DNA from: Eledone cirrhosa
Taxonomy: Eukaryota
NCBI GenBank assembly: GCA_964016885.1
Contig: OZ024760.1
Span: 5,270,001 to 5,334,000, forward strand
Direction of reading: 5' to 3'
DNA length: 64,000 nucleotides
The notes below the pieces were generated by a model, which was given only the letters and a program-made list of their open reading frames with translations, searched no databases and was not told the origin of the DNA. Both the position numbers and the translations under genes were made by a program. Shown in pieces: positions 25,599 through 39,791 of the stretch; positions within the stretch are counted from its first letter, which is position 1, and every line of letters begins with the position of its first letter.

Positions 25599-25709
25599 TC
25601 AAGTTTAATATAGAAATAGCTTCTACAGGAATAGAACTGCTTCATTGATGATTTCTTTTGAATGTAACAGTTTTAGTCCTGTAGAAGCCATTTCTATATT
25701 AAACTTGAG
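25599..25709. repeat. Imperfect inverted repeat related to the hammerhead element at 36296-36360
   Basis: TCAAGTTTAATATAGAAATAGCTTCTACAGGA ... TCCTGTAGAAGCCATTTCTATATTAAACTTGA. Confidence 0.7.
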
Positions 25710-25727
25710 ATCTCAGGCACTAAGTAA

Positions 25728-25907
25728 TAATTGTTTCTACTTTTGGCACAAGGCCAGCAATTACCCAGTACATTACTGCTACTTTATTTTATCGACCTTG
25801 CAAGGATGAAAGGCAAAGTTAACCTCGGCGGGATTTGATCTCAGACTATAAAGGGCCGTAACTCTTCGCTGCAAAGGATGGCGTCTGACTCTCTACCAAT
25901 ACTGCCA
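25728..25907 (-). mobile_element. SINE family B
   Basis: Reverse-complement match to 6935-7125. Confidence 0.8.
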
Positions 25908-26044
25908 ACAGAAGACCCGACTTCTCATGAGGATAAGCTGAAGTATACATCCAGTGAAGCCTCCAGTCCACACTGAAAAGTGGTCGTGGTGACAACACGA
26001 CAAACAGCGACCAGCTGACACTGTAAAGTGGTCCTGTAGGTGTA

Positions 26045-27135
26045 ATGGCAAAAAGAACCCAATCCACACTGTAAAGTGGCTGTTTAGAAGTCATGGCAAA
26101 AAGAACCCAATCCACACTGTAAAGTGGCTGTTTAGAAGTCATGGCAAAAAGAACCCAGTCCACACTGTAAAGTGGCTGTTTAGAAGTCATGGCAAAAAGA
26201 ACCCAGTCCACACTGTAAAGTGGCTGGCTGTTTAGAAGTCATAGCAAAAAGAACCCAGTCCACACTGTAAAGTGGCTGTTTAGAAGTCATGGCAAAAAGA
26301 ACCCAATCCACACTGTAAAGTGGCTGTTTAGAAGTCATGGCAAAAAGAACCCAATCCACACTGTAAAGTGGCTGTTTAGAAGTCATGGCAAAAAGAACCC
26401 AATCCACACTGTAAAGTGGCTGTTTAGAAGTCATGGCAAAAAGAACCCAATCCACACTGTAAAGTGGCTGTTTAGAAGTCATGGCAAAAAGAACCCAATC
26501 CACACTGTAAAGTGGCTGTTTAGAAGTCATGGCAAAAAGAACCCAATCCACACTGTAAAGTGGCTGTTTAGAAGTCATGGCAAAAAGAACCCAGTCCACA
26601 CTGTAAAGTGGCTGTTTAGAAGTCATGGCAAAAAGAACCCAGTCCACACTGTAAAGTGGCTGGCTGTTTAGAAGTCATAGCAAAAAGAACCCAGTCCACA
26701 CTGTAAAGTGGCTGTTTAGAAGTCATGGCAAAAAGAACCCAATCCACACTGTAAAGTGGCTGTTTAGAAGTCATGGCAAAAAGAACCCAATCCACACTGT
26801 AAAGTGGCTGTTTAGAAGTCATGGCAAAAAGAACCCAATCCACACTGTAAAGTGGCTGTTTAGAAGTCATGGCAAAAAGAACCCAATCCACACTGTAAAG
26901 TGGCTGTTTAGAAGTCATGGCAAAAAGAACCCAATCCACACTGTAAAGTGGCTGTTTAGAAGTCATGGCAAAAAGAACCCAATCCACACTGTAAAGTGGC
27001 TGTTTAGAAGTCATGGCAAAAAGAACCCAGTCCACACTGTAAAGTGGCTGGCTGTTTAGAAGTCATAGCAAAAAGAACCCAGTCCACACTGTAAAGTGGC
27101 TGTTTAGAAGTCATGGCAAAAAGAACCCAGTTCAC
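26045..27135. repeat. 48-bp tandem satellite (~22 copies) inside an RTE 3' UTR-type element (~25960-27445)
   Basis: Unit GTGGCTGTTTAGAAGTCATGGCAAAAAGAACCCAATCCACACTGTAAA; it grades into the RTE tail at 27150-27445. Confidence 0.95.
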
Positions 27136-27468
27136 ACAGTAGAATGGCCATGTTAGTGTCACGACAAAAAGCACCCAGCCCACATTGTAAAGTGGCCGTA
27201 TAGATGTTATAGCAAACAGCACCCAGCCAACACTGTAAAGTGGTCGTGTAGGCATCACAACAAAAAGCACCCAGCACTCACTCACTGTAAATGAGGTTGG
27301 CACTAGAAAGGGCAACTGTATAAAACAAGCCAAAATCACTTCTGTATGTAAAGGACATGGTCACCTGACCTGGCATTGCTTACAACAGGATAACTTGTCT
27401 AGCCCATACCAGTGTGGAAAAATGGACGTTAAACAGTGATGATGATAATATATATATACATACTCACT

Positions 27469-27513
<45 letters not shown>

Positions 27514-28219
27514 TATCTCTTATTGAAACATGTGTCGTGATTAAAATGATTGGAAATTTATACCATGCCTTCGGATCTTTATTTTGATACAAATACTCCA
27601 TTTTACATCATCTAGCTGTTCCCATAAATGGGATTGGAGATATACAAAAGCGTGGAGAACTTAATATTGCTAACAAAAATTTTATTGGACCGTTTGACAC
27701 AACCAATAATACACCTTACTATATATATATATATATATATATAGGCAAATTATGGTGTGCTTTCATCTGATAAAATACAGATTTGTTTTATAAATAAATA
27801 ATGACATACTCGGAAAAAAAGACAACCTTAACGGATGGAGCTTCCTGGATAGTGGAGATAGTACATTTATTGAGGGTAATATAAAGTTATGAGTGAGTAT
27901 GCAAATGAGTGTCCGAAAGGTTGAAAAGATAACGGTTTATTTAAATTAAACTGTTGGAAGAAGGTGATATGTAAGGGAGAGAGAAAAAAGAAAAAAGAAG
28001 AAAGAAATTAGAAAGATAGGAGAGGAAAGAAAGAACGATTATATATATTTTGACAGTGAAAATAGCGTGCATGAAGAGAAGGGCGTAAGTATATTTAAGT
28101 GAGAGAAGAGATGAGTTTATTAATATATTGTGTATTTACTCCACTTAACTGTTGAGTGCTTTATATCAGTTATAAAAATGTTTAAGCTTGTTGAATCCCA
28201 ACAAATTAAATATAACCTC

Positions 28220-28263
<44 letters not shown>

Positions 28264-28300
28264 CAAATATTAATAAAATAGATGTTCTTTTGATCAATTA

Positions 28301-28355
28301 CATTTTATTATACATATTTCGGATGTACAACAGTACGTCCTCATCAGACAAAATA
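28301..28355 (-). ncRNA. Minimal type I hammerhead ribozyme motif
   Basis: Minus strand: TATTTTGT-CTGATGA-GGACGTAC-tgtt-GTACATCC-GAAA-TATGTA-TA-ATAAAATG. It lies in a TA-flanked element at ~28256-28510. Confidence 0.7.
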
Positions 28356-28519
28356 TAATGATACATGACATACCCTGAGATGTTAAATGGTTAAGATTTA
28401 ATCAAGGTAGTGATTAACCTAAGAGAAAGTTTAACATTTATACCCTAATAATGAGAAAACGTAATAAATTCATTCTTTGATATACTCATTGAATCTTGTT
28501 TAACTCTTTAATATATATA

Positions 28520-28866
28520 TCATCATCATCATCATCATTTCATTTTACGTCTGCTTATTCCCTGCTTGCAAGGGTGGGACGGGAACTGATTCTGGCTTGA
28601 TTTCTACAGCTGGATGCCCTTCCTAACACCAACCTCATTTACAGTGAGTGCTGGGTGCTTTTTTGCCGTGGCACCTCCACGACCACTTTGCAGTGGAATG
28701 ATAGGGACCCCAGTCCCTATCATCTCATTTCTACAGCTGAGTAAACTGGAGCAATGTGAAATAAAGTGTCTTGCTCAAGGAAACAACACATCACCCGGTC
28801 TGAGAATTGAACTCACAACCCTTCGATTGCAAGCCCAATGCTCTAACCACTAAGCCATGTGCCTCC
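28520..28866 (-). mobile_element. SINE family A
   Basis: Near-identical to 1570-1913. Confidence 0.85.
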
Positions 28867-29974
28867 ATTATATATATATATATATAGTAATAATATTTGA
28901 AGACTAAAATCCAAAGAGGGCTCGATAAGGATAAATATATATCAAATATATAAGAACCGTAGAGCAAATATTTATTAAAATAACAGATTAAAGTTTAAGC
29001 AAAGAATCGCTGCTTTCACCCTTAACGGGGTCTTCTGAATCAATCTTGATATATAAATATATATATTAAGATGGATTCAGTTTGAAACTGGTTAGACCAT
29101 TACTCAACAGAGTACTCAATATTTGGTGTAGTAGAGTATAGTTATATTATAAGGAGTCACGACCCCAACAGCTGAGCTCTACCCATTTCAACAAGTAGTT
29201 CCAGACACTAGCTGTTGAAACAGCAAGAGCTCAGCCGTTGGGGTCCAGACCCTTTAGAATACATATATGTATATATATATATACATACATGTATACATAC
29301 ATGTATACATACACACACACATATATATGTATACATACATACACACACACATACATACACACACACACACACATACATATATTTATATATGTATACATAC
29401 ATACACACACACATACATACACACACAGATATATATATATGTATACATACATACACACACATACATATATATATTTATATATGTATACATACATACACAC
29501 ACATACATATATATATTTATATATGTATACATACATACACACACATACATATATATATTTATATATGTATACATACATACACACACATACATATATATAT
29601 TTATATATGTATACATACATACACACACATACATATATATATTTATATATGTATACATACATACACACACATATATATATATTTATATATGTATACATAC
29701 ACACACACATATATATATTTATATATGTATACATACACACACACACATATATATATTTATTTATATATGTATACATATATATATATATTTATATATATAT
29801 ATATAATATATATACACAAACATATATACATACATACACATACATACATACATATCAGGTCATTAAGTATGAAATGCCCGTTTTCAAATTGAAAGTGTAT
29901 AAGGGAATCGGACATTTCATACTTAAAGACCTAATATATAAAGTGTGTGTTGTTTATGTATAGTCAATATATAC

Positions 29975-30580
29975 ATCATCATCATCACCGTTTTACGTCC
30001 CTTCTTCCACGCTAGCATGGGTTAGACGGGCTGTCCTGTTGTGGGCAGTAGCCTGTCGGCTGACCATGCCTTGCTCATACAGGAACTGATTCTGGCTTGA
30101 TTTCTACAGCTGGATGCCCTTCCTAACACCAACCTCATTTACAGTGAATGCTGGGTGCTTTTTTGCCGTGGCACCTACACGTCCACTTTACAGTGAGGGC
30201 TGAGTGCTTTTTTGCCGTGGCACCTCCACGACCACTTTGTAGTGGGAGGGTGTGGGGGCATATTGTCTATATGCTTCAGCTTCGGCTTGTACACGTGGGA
30301 GGGGATCAGGTCTTCTGTATTACTGCGCAATGCCAGAGGTCACGGTCGTGTGTCATCGTCTTTGAGAGGTGTAATTGGGTAAGGTCGGCTTTTATCACCT
30401 CATCCCAGGTCTTGTTGGGTCTCCCCCACTCCGCGGCTTCCATTGACTTCTAGTGCTCTGCACCTTTTTATGCAGCTGTCATCCTTCATACGCATCACAT
30501 ATCCATACCAACGCAACCTCCTCTCCTGCACACAGCATTTGATTCCTCTCATGCTCAGTCTCTCTCTCAATTCGTTTATG

Positions 30581-30582
<2 letters not shown>
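29975..30582 (-). mobile_element. RTE LINE 3' fragment (same subfamily as 9502-10955)
   Basis: Reverse-complement similarity to ~10355-10950, including the GAT tail. Confidence 0.85.
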
Positions 30583-30629
<47 letters not shown>

Positions 30630-30841
30630 TATGTATGTATACATACCTCTGCAGTGTTTATAAACTTTCAATATATATTTATATTTGAAATTAATAGTAG
30701 CATGAAGACACTAGCCAGGATGCATTATTGCTAAGACGGAGGAATGGGACATAGAGAGGAAAGAAACCAATAAAAATTGATAACTGATCAATACAGTAAT
30801 TATCTATTTTAAGCCTGGACATACACATGATTCTCAGCACC

Positions 30842-30882
<41 letters not shown>

Positions 30883-31121
30883 CACTTACTCTACTACACC
30901 AACATCAAGTACTTTGTAAATCCTGATACATACGTACATATATATATATATATATATGTGTATGTATATATGTGTGTGTGTGTATATATATATATGTATG
31001 TATATATATATGTGTGTGTATATATATATGTATATATATGTTTGTATATATATATATGTTTGTATATATATATATATATGTTTGTATATATATATATATG
31101 TTTGTATATATATATATATAT

Positions 31122-31460
31122 GGAGGCATATGGCTTAGTGGTTAGAGCATTGGCCTTGCAATCGAAAGGTTGTGAGTTCAATTCTCAGACCAGGTGATGT
31201 GTTGTTTCCTTGAGCAAGACACTTTATTTCACATTGCTCCAGTTTACTCAGCTGTAGAAATGAGATGATAGGGACTGGGGTCCATATCATTCCACTGCAA
31301 AGTGGTCGTGGAGGTGTCGCGGCAAAAAAGCACCCAGCACTCACTGTAAATGAGGTTGGTGTTAGGAAGGGCATCCAGCTGTAGAAATCAAGCCAGAATC
31401 AGTTCCCGTCCCACCCTTGCGAGCAGGGAAAAAGCGGACGTAAAATGAAATGATGATGAT
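31122..31460 (+). mobile_element. SINE family A
   Basis: GGAGGCATATGGCTTAGTGGTTAGAGC head directly after (TA)n; tail ends ATGATGAT. Confidence 0.85.
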
Positions 31461-31467
31461 ATATGTT

Positions 31468-31514
<47 letters not shown>

Positions 31515-33032
31515 AAGTTTGTATACATATGTATATATAAATACATATACATACACACACACACATACATATAAACATATATTCCTGATGATATACAAAC
31601 ACCAGAAATCAATTGATCTCGGATTAATAGTATTTATATTCCCACCTTAATCTGTTAATCCTTGTTTTTCCAGATCTAAAACTGTGCTGTGGAGTGGAAG
31701 AGGTGCCGTGTGGTGTGGATGACAAAATATGTCCCAGATTTATAGAGATGGGAAGAGATAGGAATGCTAATTATTACATAATAATGATTAGTGTCCGATT
31801 AAAAACTGATGCATTTAATCTATATGGAAGATATATGCAATTTACATATATAGAGTTATATATGCTGTATAAAAAAGTGCAGCGCGATCAAAATTGATGG
31901 AGGTTACGGAGTAGGCAGACCCAGAAAAACCTGGGAAGATTCGATAAATTCCGACCTCACACACTTACACCTCTCTAAGACAATGTCACTGGACCAAGAT
32001 CTTTGGCACTACGCAGTAATACAGAAGACCCGCCTTGCCTATATACAATGCGAAACCTACAGTCAGTAGGCACCTCTTAACCAAATATACACCCCCATCC
32101 CACTACTCCTAACCCCACCCCCATCAACACCACCCCTTTCTCTGTAAAGTTATGTTGGTACCACAACATCCAGTCCTAAATAAATGAGGTTGTGTAGGTG
32201 TCACGACAAAAAACACACAGTCCACGCTGTAATGTGGCCGTGTAGGTAACACGGTAAAAAGCTCCCAGTCCACACTGTAAACGTGGTTGGTGTTAGGAAG
32301 GGCATCCAGCCGTAGAAAACCTGCCAGACAGTCCCATACGAGAGAGACGACCAACCTTGCCATCTAAACCCATGCTAGACGTTAAACAATGATGATGATG
32401 ATGATGATATCAAAGTCCACCTGGTTGTGGTGGGATTGATAACGTTGTTAGAACTCAATGTTTCCTTGGAAGGATGGTTGCAGTGAGATTCGGCAGTTTG
32501 ACCAGTAGTTCTTGTGATAGGAGATCACCACCTACGATATCCTCGAAGAAAATCTGTCTGGGTTACAGAGTCATCTGAGGAACACGGCCGATTGAATAGG
32601 GTTTTCGAGACTAGAAATAAGTAGTAACTTAACCACAACCATGTTGATCAATATATTGGTCTCCAACATGCTTATACAGATCCGTATAAGTATGTTGGTC
32701 TCCGGACCTGGCATTTGTCATAACATGACAACCCGTTTAAGCCATGCAAGCATGGGAAAATGGACGTTAAATGTTTTTACCCTATCACCACCAGCAGGAT
32801 TCAACATCTAAGATGAATTGGATGAGGTGTGTAACATTGAGTGCTTTCCTACCATTACATCATGATTAACATTGCAGAATGACCAATTCTACCAAATTTA
32901 AAGACATACATATATATATATATATGTGAAAAAAATGGGGAGAAGAATACTGCAGGTTGCACATGGATAACATGTTATAAAATAAGTCCCTCATCAGTGA
33001 TTTGCCGACGATCATAGATATTTCATTGCATT

Positions 33033-33067
<35 letters not shown>

Positions 33068-33313
33068 TTCAAATATTAACAAAATAGATGTTCTTGTGAT
33101 CAATTAAATTTTATTATACATATTTCAGAGGTACTTGAATCAAGTTCAACAGTACGTCCTCATCAAATAAAATAAAATGATACATGACATACCCTGACAT
33201 GTTAGATGGTTAAGATTTAATCAAGGTAGTGGAAAATATCTTTCTGTAGAGTACTTTCAATCTACTGTAAAACTCATTCTTTGATGTACTCATTGAATCT
33301 TGTTTAACTCTTT

Positions 33314-33370
<57 letters not shown>

Positions 33371-33514
33371 TGTTTGTGAAGAGGACGACCGATTGAACAT
33401 GGTTTCCGAGGCTAGAAATAGGTAGTAACATGACCACTACCATGCTAGTCAATACCTCAATCTCCATAGATCATTTGACCCTCTGAAACGATTGTAAAAC
33501 AATCAACTAACTCT

Positions 33515-33732
33515 TTACCTACACCTTCCTTCCACTGGGATTTCTTGGCACTTCTTCACCCAGCGGTCATCTTCCATGTGCATCACATAGCCATACCAAC
33601 GCAGTCTTCTCTCCCGCACACTACAGTTTATCCCTCTTATACACAGTTTCACTCTCAACTCCTCTATGCTTGGCCGTTCACACACATTGACATTGCACAT
33701 CCCTCGGAGCATGCTTGCTTCATTTCTCTCCA
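33515..33732 (-). mobile_element. RTE LINE internal fragment
   Basis: Encodes [16 protein letters not shown]...[28 protein letters not shown]. Confidence 0.8.
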
Positions 33733-33888
33733 TATATATATATACATACACACACACACAAAGAGAGAGAGTCTGCGGCGCTGAGACCAAGGAGGCCACT
33801 AATTGTGAGAGTACTCAATGCATAGGGAGATGCAGAGTCGGTATAGAGATATGTAAAACCCAGCCGCTTGGTGCCACAGTCAAGATTT

Positions 33889-33925
<37 letters not shown>

Positions 33926-33926
<1 letters not shown>

Positions 33927-34040
33927 CTCTGATGATATGGGATCGATTGTGCATTGGATATCGAATGCTCTACTAAATATATAATATTATAGATGTAGCG
34001 AGATCTAGGCAAATTGATGTCTATTGAAACGTACGTAAGA
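33926..34040 (+). ncRNA. Candidate hammerhead motif with long stem II
   Basis: TCT-CTGATGA (33929-33935) ... GAAA (34026-34029)-CGTACG-TA-AGA, with a palindromic stem III. Stem I is only 3 bp. The segment lies between two (TA)n tracts. Confidence 0.5.
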
Positions 34041-34075
34041 ACCGAATAAATCTCTTTTACTGCATCTTTCTGTTC

Positions 34076-34110
<35 letters not shown>

Positions 34111-34113
<3 letters not shown>

Positions 34114-34675
34114 CGATTCTATTGAGTGATGAATAGCTTTTGTTTTATTTTAACATGTCTATTGAGCACTCTAATTCGATATGTGTATTTCCACATTCAC
34201 TCGAATTGTTTTCGCGGATATAGGGGTTATCTCCCTTGTCTAATGCCATGTGCGTTTTTCACTGGTAGTTAGCTCCTCTACCGCCAGGAAAAAAGCTCGT
34301 TGAGAAAGTAAAACTCCGTTCCGCTTGCTCTAGTAGGCTTTTATATTTATATGTGAGCTGATAGAGTACAGTCTAAGGATTTACAGAAACCCATGAAGCT
34401 AGATTTAACACCTGTCTAGTGGGTCCGGGTATGATTTTACATTCATTTAAATTATTGACGTATTGTTTTATTGATATTTTTTATCTGTTTGTCCCGAATC
34501 TTCCTTTATCGATTTTTTATCGTATGGTTGATTGTAGACTTGTTCTATATGTGACGGTATTTTAACGATAGTTATAGCTCTGATTCATCTGAATTATTGA
34601 GCCCTCTGCCGCTCATGTCGAATCTCGTTTATCGTGAACTCGTGCGCCGATTTTTCGATACTCGATCTTTCTAAA

Positions 34676-34676
<1 letters not shown>
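34111..34676 (-). mobile_element. Possible solo LTR in (TA)n
   Basis: About 565 bp of CpG-retaining sequence. The minus strand has TATAAATATAAAAG, AATAAA near its end, and terminal ...TCGACA. The other end is not a clean TG. Confidence 0.4.
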
Positions 34677-35139
<463 letters not shown>

Positions 35140-35156
35140 CCATGTGCCTTCATATA

Positions 35157-35487
35157 TGAAGGCACATGGCTTAGTGGTTAGAGCATTGGCCTTGCAATCA
35201 AAATGTTTTGAGTTCAATTCTCAGACCGGGTGATGTGTTGTTTCCTTGAGCAAGACACTTTATTTCACATTGCTCCAGTTTACTCAGCTGTAGGTTCCTA
35301 TCATTCCACTGTAAAGTGGTCGTGGAGGTGCCACGGCAAAAAAAGCGCCCAGCACTCACTGTAAATGAGGTTGGTGTTAGGAAGGGCATCCAGCTGTAGA
35401 AATCAAGCCAGAATCAGTTCCCGTCCCACCCTTGCAAGCAGGGAAAAGCGGACGTAAAATGAAATGATGATGATGATGAAATGATGA
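35157..35487 (+). mobile_element. SINE family A with internal deletion
   Basis: Matches 31122-31460. Confidence 0.85.
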
Positions 35488-35705
35488 TATATATATATAT
35501 ACACACACATATATACCCATACACACACACACATATATATATATGTATATATATATCAAAATTGTCTGCATCATATTATACCATAAATAGCTCCACGACC
35601 AAACAGGCTAAAATCCAAACTTTCATAAGTAGGATCATAATGTAAAAGAAAGTGCTAGCTGTCGAAACGGCCAGAGCTCAGCTGTCAGGGTCCTGACTCT
35701 TTTCC

Positions 35706-35736
<31 letters not shown>

Positions 35737-36311
35737 TTGCACAATAAAAACCGAAGCCAGGTGTGTGTGTGTGAGTGTGTGTGTGTGTGTTTGCACAATA
35801 AAAACAGAAGTCATGTGTGTGTGTGTGTTTGCACAATAAAAACAGAAGTCAGGTGTAGGTAGAGAGAGAGAGTTAGTTCATTGTTTTACGATCGTTTCAG
35901 AGGGTCAATTAATCTATGGAGATTGATGTATTGACCAGCATGGTAGTGGTTAAGTTACTACATATTTCTAGCCTGGAAAACCCTGTTTAATCGGCCGTCC
36001 TCTTCAGAAACACCTGTGTGTGTGTGTTTAAATTTGGTAGAATTGGTCATTTCCTACCATGATGTAATGGTAGGAAAGAACTCAATGTTACACAACTCAT
36101 CCATCTTAGATGTTGAATCTTGCTGGTGGTGCGGGAATGGAGTTAAATATATTATAAAATAAAAACATTTAACGTCCATTTTTCCATGCTTGTATGGCTT
36201 AAACGGGTTGTCATGTTATGACAAATACCAGCTCCGGAGACCAACATACTTATACGGATCTGTATTTTGGATATATATATATATATATATATATAGTTTT
36301 AATATAGATGA

Positions 36312-36360
36312 GATTCTACAGGACTAGAACTGTTTCATTCTTTAGAAATCATCAGGAATC
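36312..36360 (-). ncRNA. Compact type I hammerhead ribozyme motif
   Basis: Minus strand: GATTC-CTGATGA-tTTC-taaa-GAAt-GAA-ACAG-ttctagtc-CTGT-A-GAATC. Stem I is 5 bp, stem III is 4 bp, the triplet is GUA, and stem II is weak. Confidence 0.7.
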
Positions 36361-37026
36361 TGGGTATCAAAAAATAAAAATGGTATTTATAGGTCTCTAC
36401 AAGTGGTAGGAGAGGGTGGGGAGTGTATATATAAAGAGTTCCATATTTCAAATATGTATGTATGTATGTATGTCAATCTTCACCGCTACTGGTAACATGT
36501 AACCCAGTACAACCTGTCTCATGGTCGGGTTGTCGGCAACGAAACCAGCAACCTCACCAAGCTTGCTTGGTTAGGAGGGTGATTTTGGACACCCCACGCC
36601 ATAGGGTCTTCGGGATGAAAAACAAGACCAATCAAAAGGGAAGGGCGGATGAACTCAGGAGAGTCAACGGCCATCCAATAAAGATTTTTTTGAGGGGAGC
36701 AAGAAACTCCTAGTCTTCATTAAGACATCTCTCTAGGAGAAGGTCACTCTGATATAAAACCTGCAACTTTGTTTGCATCCAATGATGTAGACCAGTTTTG
36801 GGTTAAAAGCGTTCGATGTTCTGAGAGTGGGATTGGTCCTGTGCAAAGCCTTTACTCACTTAAAAAAGCTTCAAGCACCGGCATCACTTCATATGCGACA
36901 TTCTTTGCGATGCATGGTATTGCTGGCCATAAGCAAGTCCCTAACAGGAGTAAAAAGCCACATCTGTGATATTTATGCTTAAGTATCAAGTGATGGCATT
37001 ACTCGAAATCGAGCTGCTGCAGCCAT

Positions 37027-37091
<65 letters not shown>

Positions 37092-38099
37092 GTGTGGTGT
37101 ATGTGTGGTGTGGTGTGGTGTGGTGTGTGTGTGTGTGTATAAGAGAGGGGGACTGAATTTTCTTCAAATCTTACTCTACCGGCTTTTTAAAAGGGTGTGG
37201 AATCCAGGGATGGGATACGTTAGATAATGTAGTAATTTGAAGGGGGAGGGGAAAGTCCATTAAATTGAACCTTTGTGCATTACTGGTACTTTAATTTATC
37301 GAACCCCCACCCCACCCCATAAGGATGAAAGGCAAAGCTTAAGATCGCTGGGATTTGAGCATAGAACGTAAAGGGACATAACTATATGCTGCAATGCCTG
37401 TTGTTCGATGCACTACCGATTCTGTCTGATAATGATTTCGTTTTATTTTTTATTTTTTCTAGGATCGATTTAATCGACTTTCTTCTCTCCAAAACTGTTG
37501 GCCTTGTGCCTAAATCAGAAACCATTATTATTATTATAACAACGGATTTGCAGTAATCAGTGGAGCGTCAGACAACTTGCTTTGCGGCATATTGTACGGC
37601 ATATTGTACGGCATAGAATTACGGCCCTTTACGTTCTGAGTTCAAATCCTGCCGAGGTTAGTTTTGCCTTTCGTCCTTACGGGGTCGATAAAATAAAGTA
37701 CCAGTAATGCACTGAGGTTGATTTAACCGACTTTCCCGTCCCCCAAAACTGCTATCCTTGAGCCTATATAAGAAACCATTATTGCTGGCCTTTTGTCTAT
37801 AATAGAAACTCTTTTTTATTATTATTAACCTTAAGGTCCAAAGACATTGGGAACAATACAAGGACGAGTTACAACACATGCAAGGGAGTTGGGGTTTGTG
37901 GGGTTACTTTGATCATAAAAGGTTAAAAATCAACAACAACAACAACGAAAACAATAAATGTAATCATTAAATGAATTTTTTTTTAAATGTCCAACTAAAA
38001 AATTCCCAGCTACGGAAATCTTTGACATTAGAGGAGCTGGGAATAAGATAACGAAAATATCTCGTTTGATTCACCGGATTCCTTGCGTAAGTGTGTGTA

Positions 38100-38659
38100 T
38101 GTGTATATAATATAATATAATATAATATAATATATATATATATATATACATACATACATACATACATACATACATACATACATACATACACACACACACA
38201 TATATATATATATATACGTGAAGGTTAGGATGAGGGTTTATTAGGGTTTAAGTTCAGACCCGGCAGGTATGAGTATATGTGGTGTGTATATATATATATG
38301 TAAGTGTTGTGTGTGTATATATATATATATATGAGTAAGTGCGGTGTGTGTATATATATAAGTATATATTTAAGTGTGGTGTGTGTATATATATAAGTAT
38401 ATATTTAAGTGTGGTGTGTGTATATATATAAGTATATGCTTAAGTGTGGTGTGTGTATATATATATATATATATAAGTGTGGTGTGTGTATATATGTATA
38501 TATATATATGCGCACGTGTGTATATATATATATATATATACACACACATATATATATGAGTATGTATGTCTGGTGTATATATATGTATAAGTGTGGAATG
38601 TATACAAATATATATATATATATATAAATATATGTGTGTGAGGTATGTGTAAATGTGTA

Positions 38660-38706
<47 letters not shown>

Positions 38707-38824
38707 ACACATATAAACCATATCTATGTTTAAATAAGGTGTATATATATGATGATGATGTAACTGTGGTGTGTGTATATGTGTGTAGGTGTATATTGTA
38801 TGTCTGTATATATGCGTGTGGTGG

Positions 38825-38870
<46 letters not shown>

Positions 38871-39013
38871 GTATGTGTGTATATATAGGTGTGGTAACAG
38901 AATACCAAACGTCTCTGGTGACCAGACTATTTTGATTTCTTTCAATCTCACATACATTGTCAATGATACTTATGGGGGCTGGACACTTTATCACACACAC
39001 ACACATATATATA

Positions 39014-39072
<59 letters not shown>

Positions 39073-39154
39073 ATGTGTGTGTGTACATATATGTGTGTGT
39101 GTATATGTAGATATATATATATATAGAGAGAGAGAGATATGAGTGTTTGTATTC

Positions 39155-39229
<75 letters not shown>

Positions 39230-39378
39230 TGAGTGTTTGTATTCCTGTATATATATATATATATATGTGTGTGTATGAGGAGAGGTGTATATGTATATAT
39301 ACAAGTGTGTGTGTGTATGTATATTTGTGTGTGTGTGTACATATATGTGTGTGTATATATGTGCATATATATATATGT

Positions 39379-39411
<33 letters not shown>

Positions 39412-39564
39412 TAGATAAGTGTTTGTATTCCTATATATATATATATATATATATATATGTGGGGGGGGGGGTGTATATGTATATATACAAGTGTGTGTGT
39501 GTATGTATATTTGTGTGTGTGTGTACATATATGTGTGTGTATATATGTGCATATATATATATGT

Positions 39565-39601
<37 letters not shown>

Positions 39602-39621
39602 TATGAGTGTTTGTATTCCTG

Positions 39622-39652
<31 letters not shown>

Positions 39653-39760
39653 ATGGGGAGAGGTGTATATGTATATATACAAGTGTGTGTGTGTGTATGT
39701 ATATTTGTGTGTGTGTGTACATATATGTGTGTGTATATATGTGCATATATATATATGTGA

Positions 39761-39791
<31 letters not shown>

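Noticed and set aside
31122-31195. tRNA gene-like sequence at SINE heads
   Set aside because: It runs directly into a repeated SINE body, so these are tRNA-derived heads, not tRNA genes.
32985-33175. Further minus-strand CTGATGA-like cores at ~32991 and ~33160
   Set aside because: The first has no matching GAAA or stems, and the second has a mutated core (TTGATGA); at most they are decayed copies.
36860-36963. Minus-strand AG...GTGAGT segment as exon 2 of the ABHD-like gene
   Set aside because: In the required phase it hits a stop after 24 codons and shows no ABHD similarity; the acceptor is also pyrimidine-poor.
38222-38250. Telomere-like TTAGGG words
   Set aside because: Only one exact unit and a couple of degenerate ones; expected by chance.
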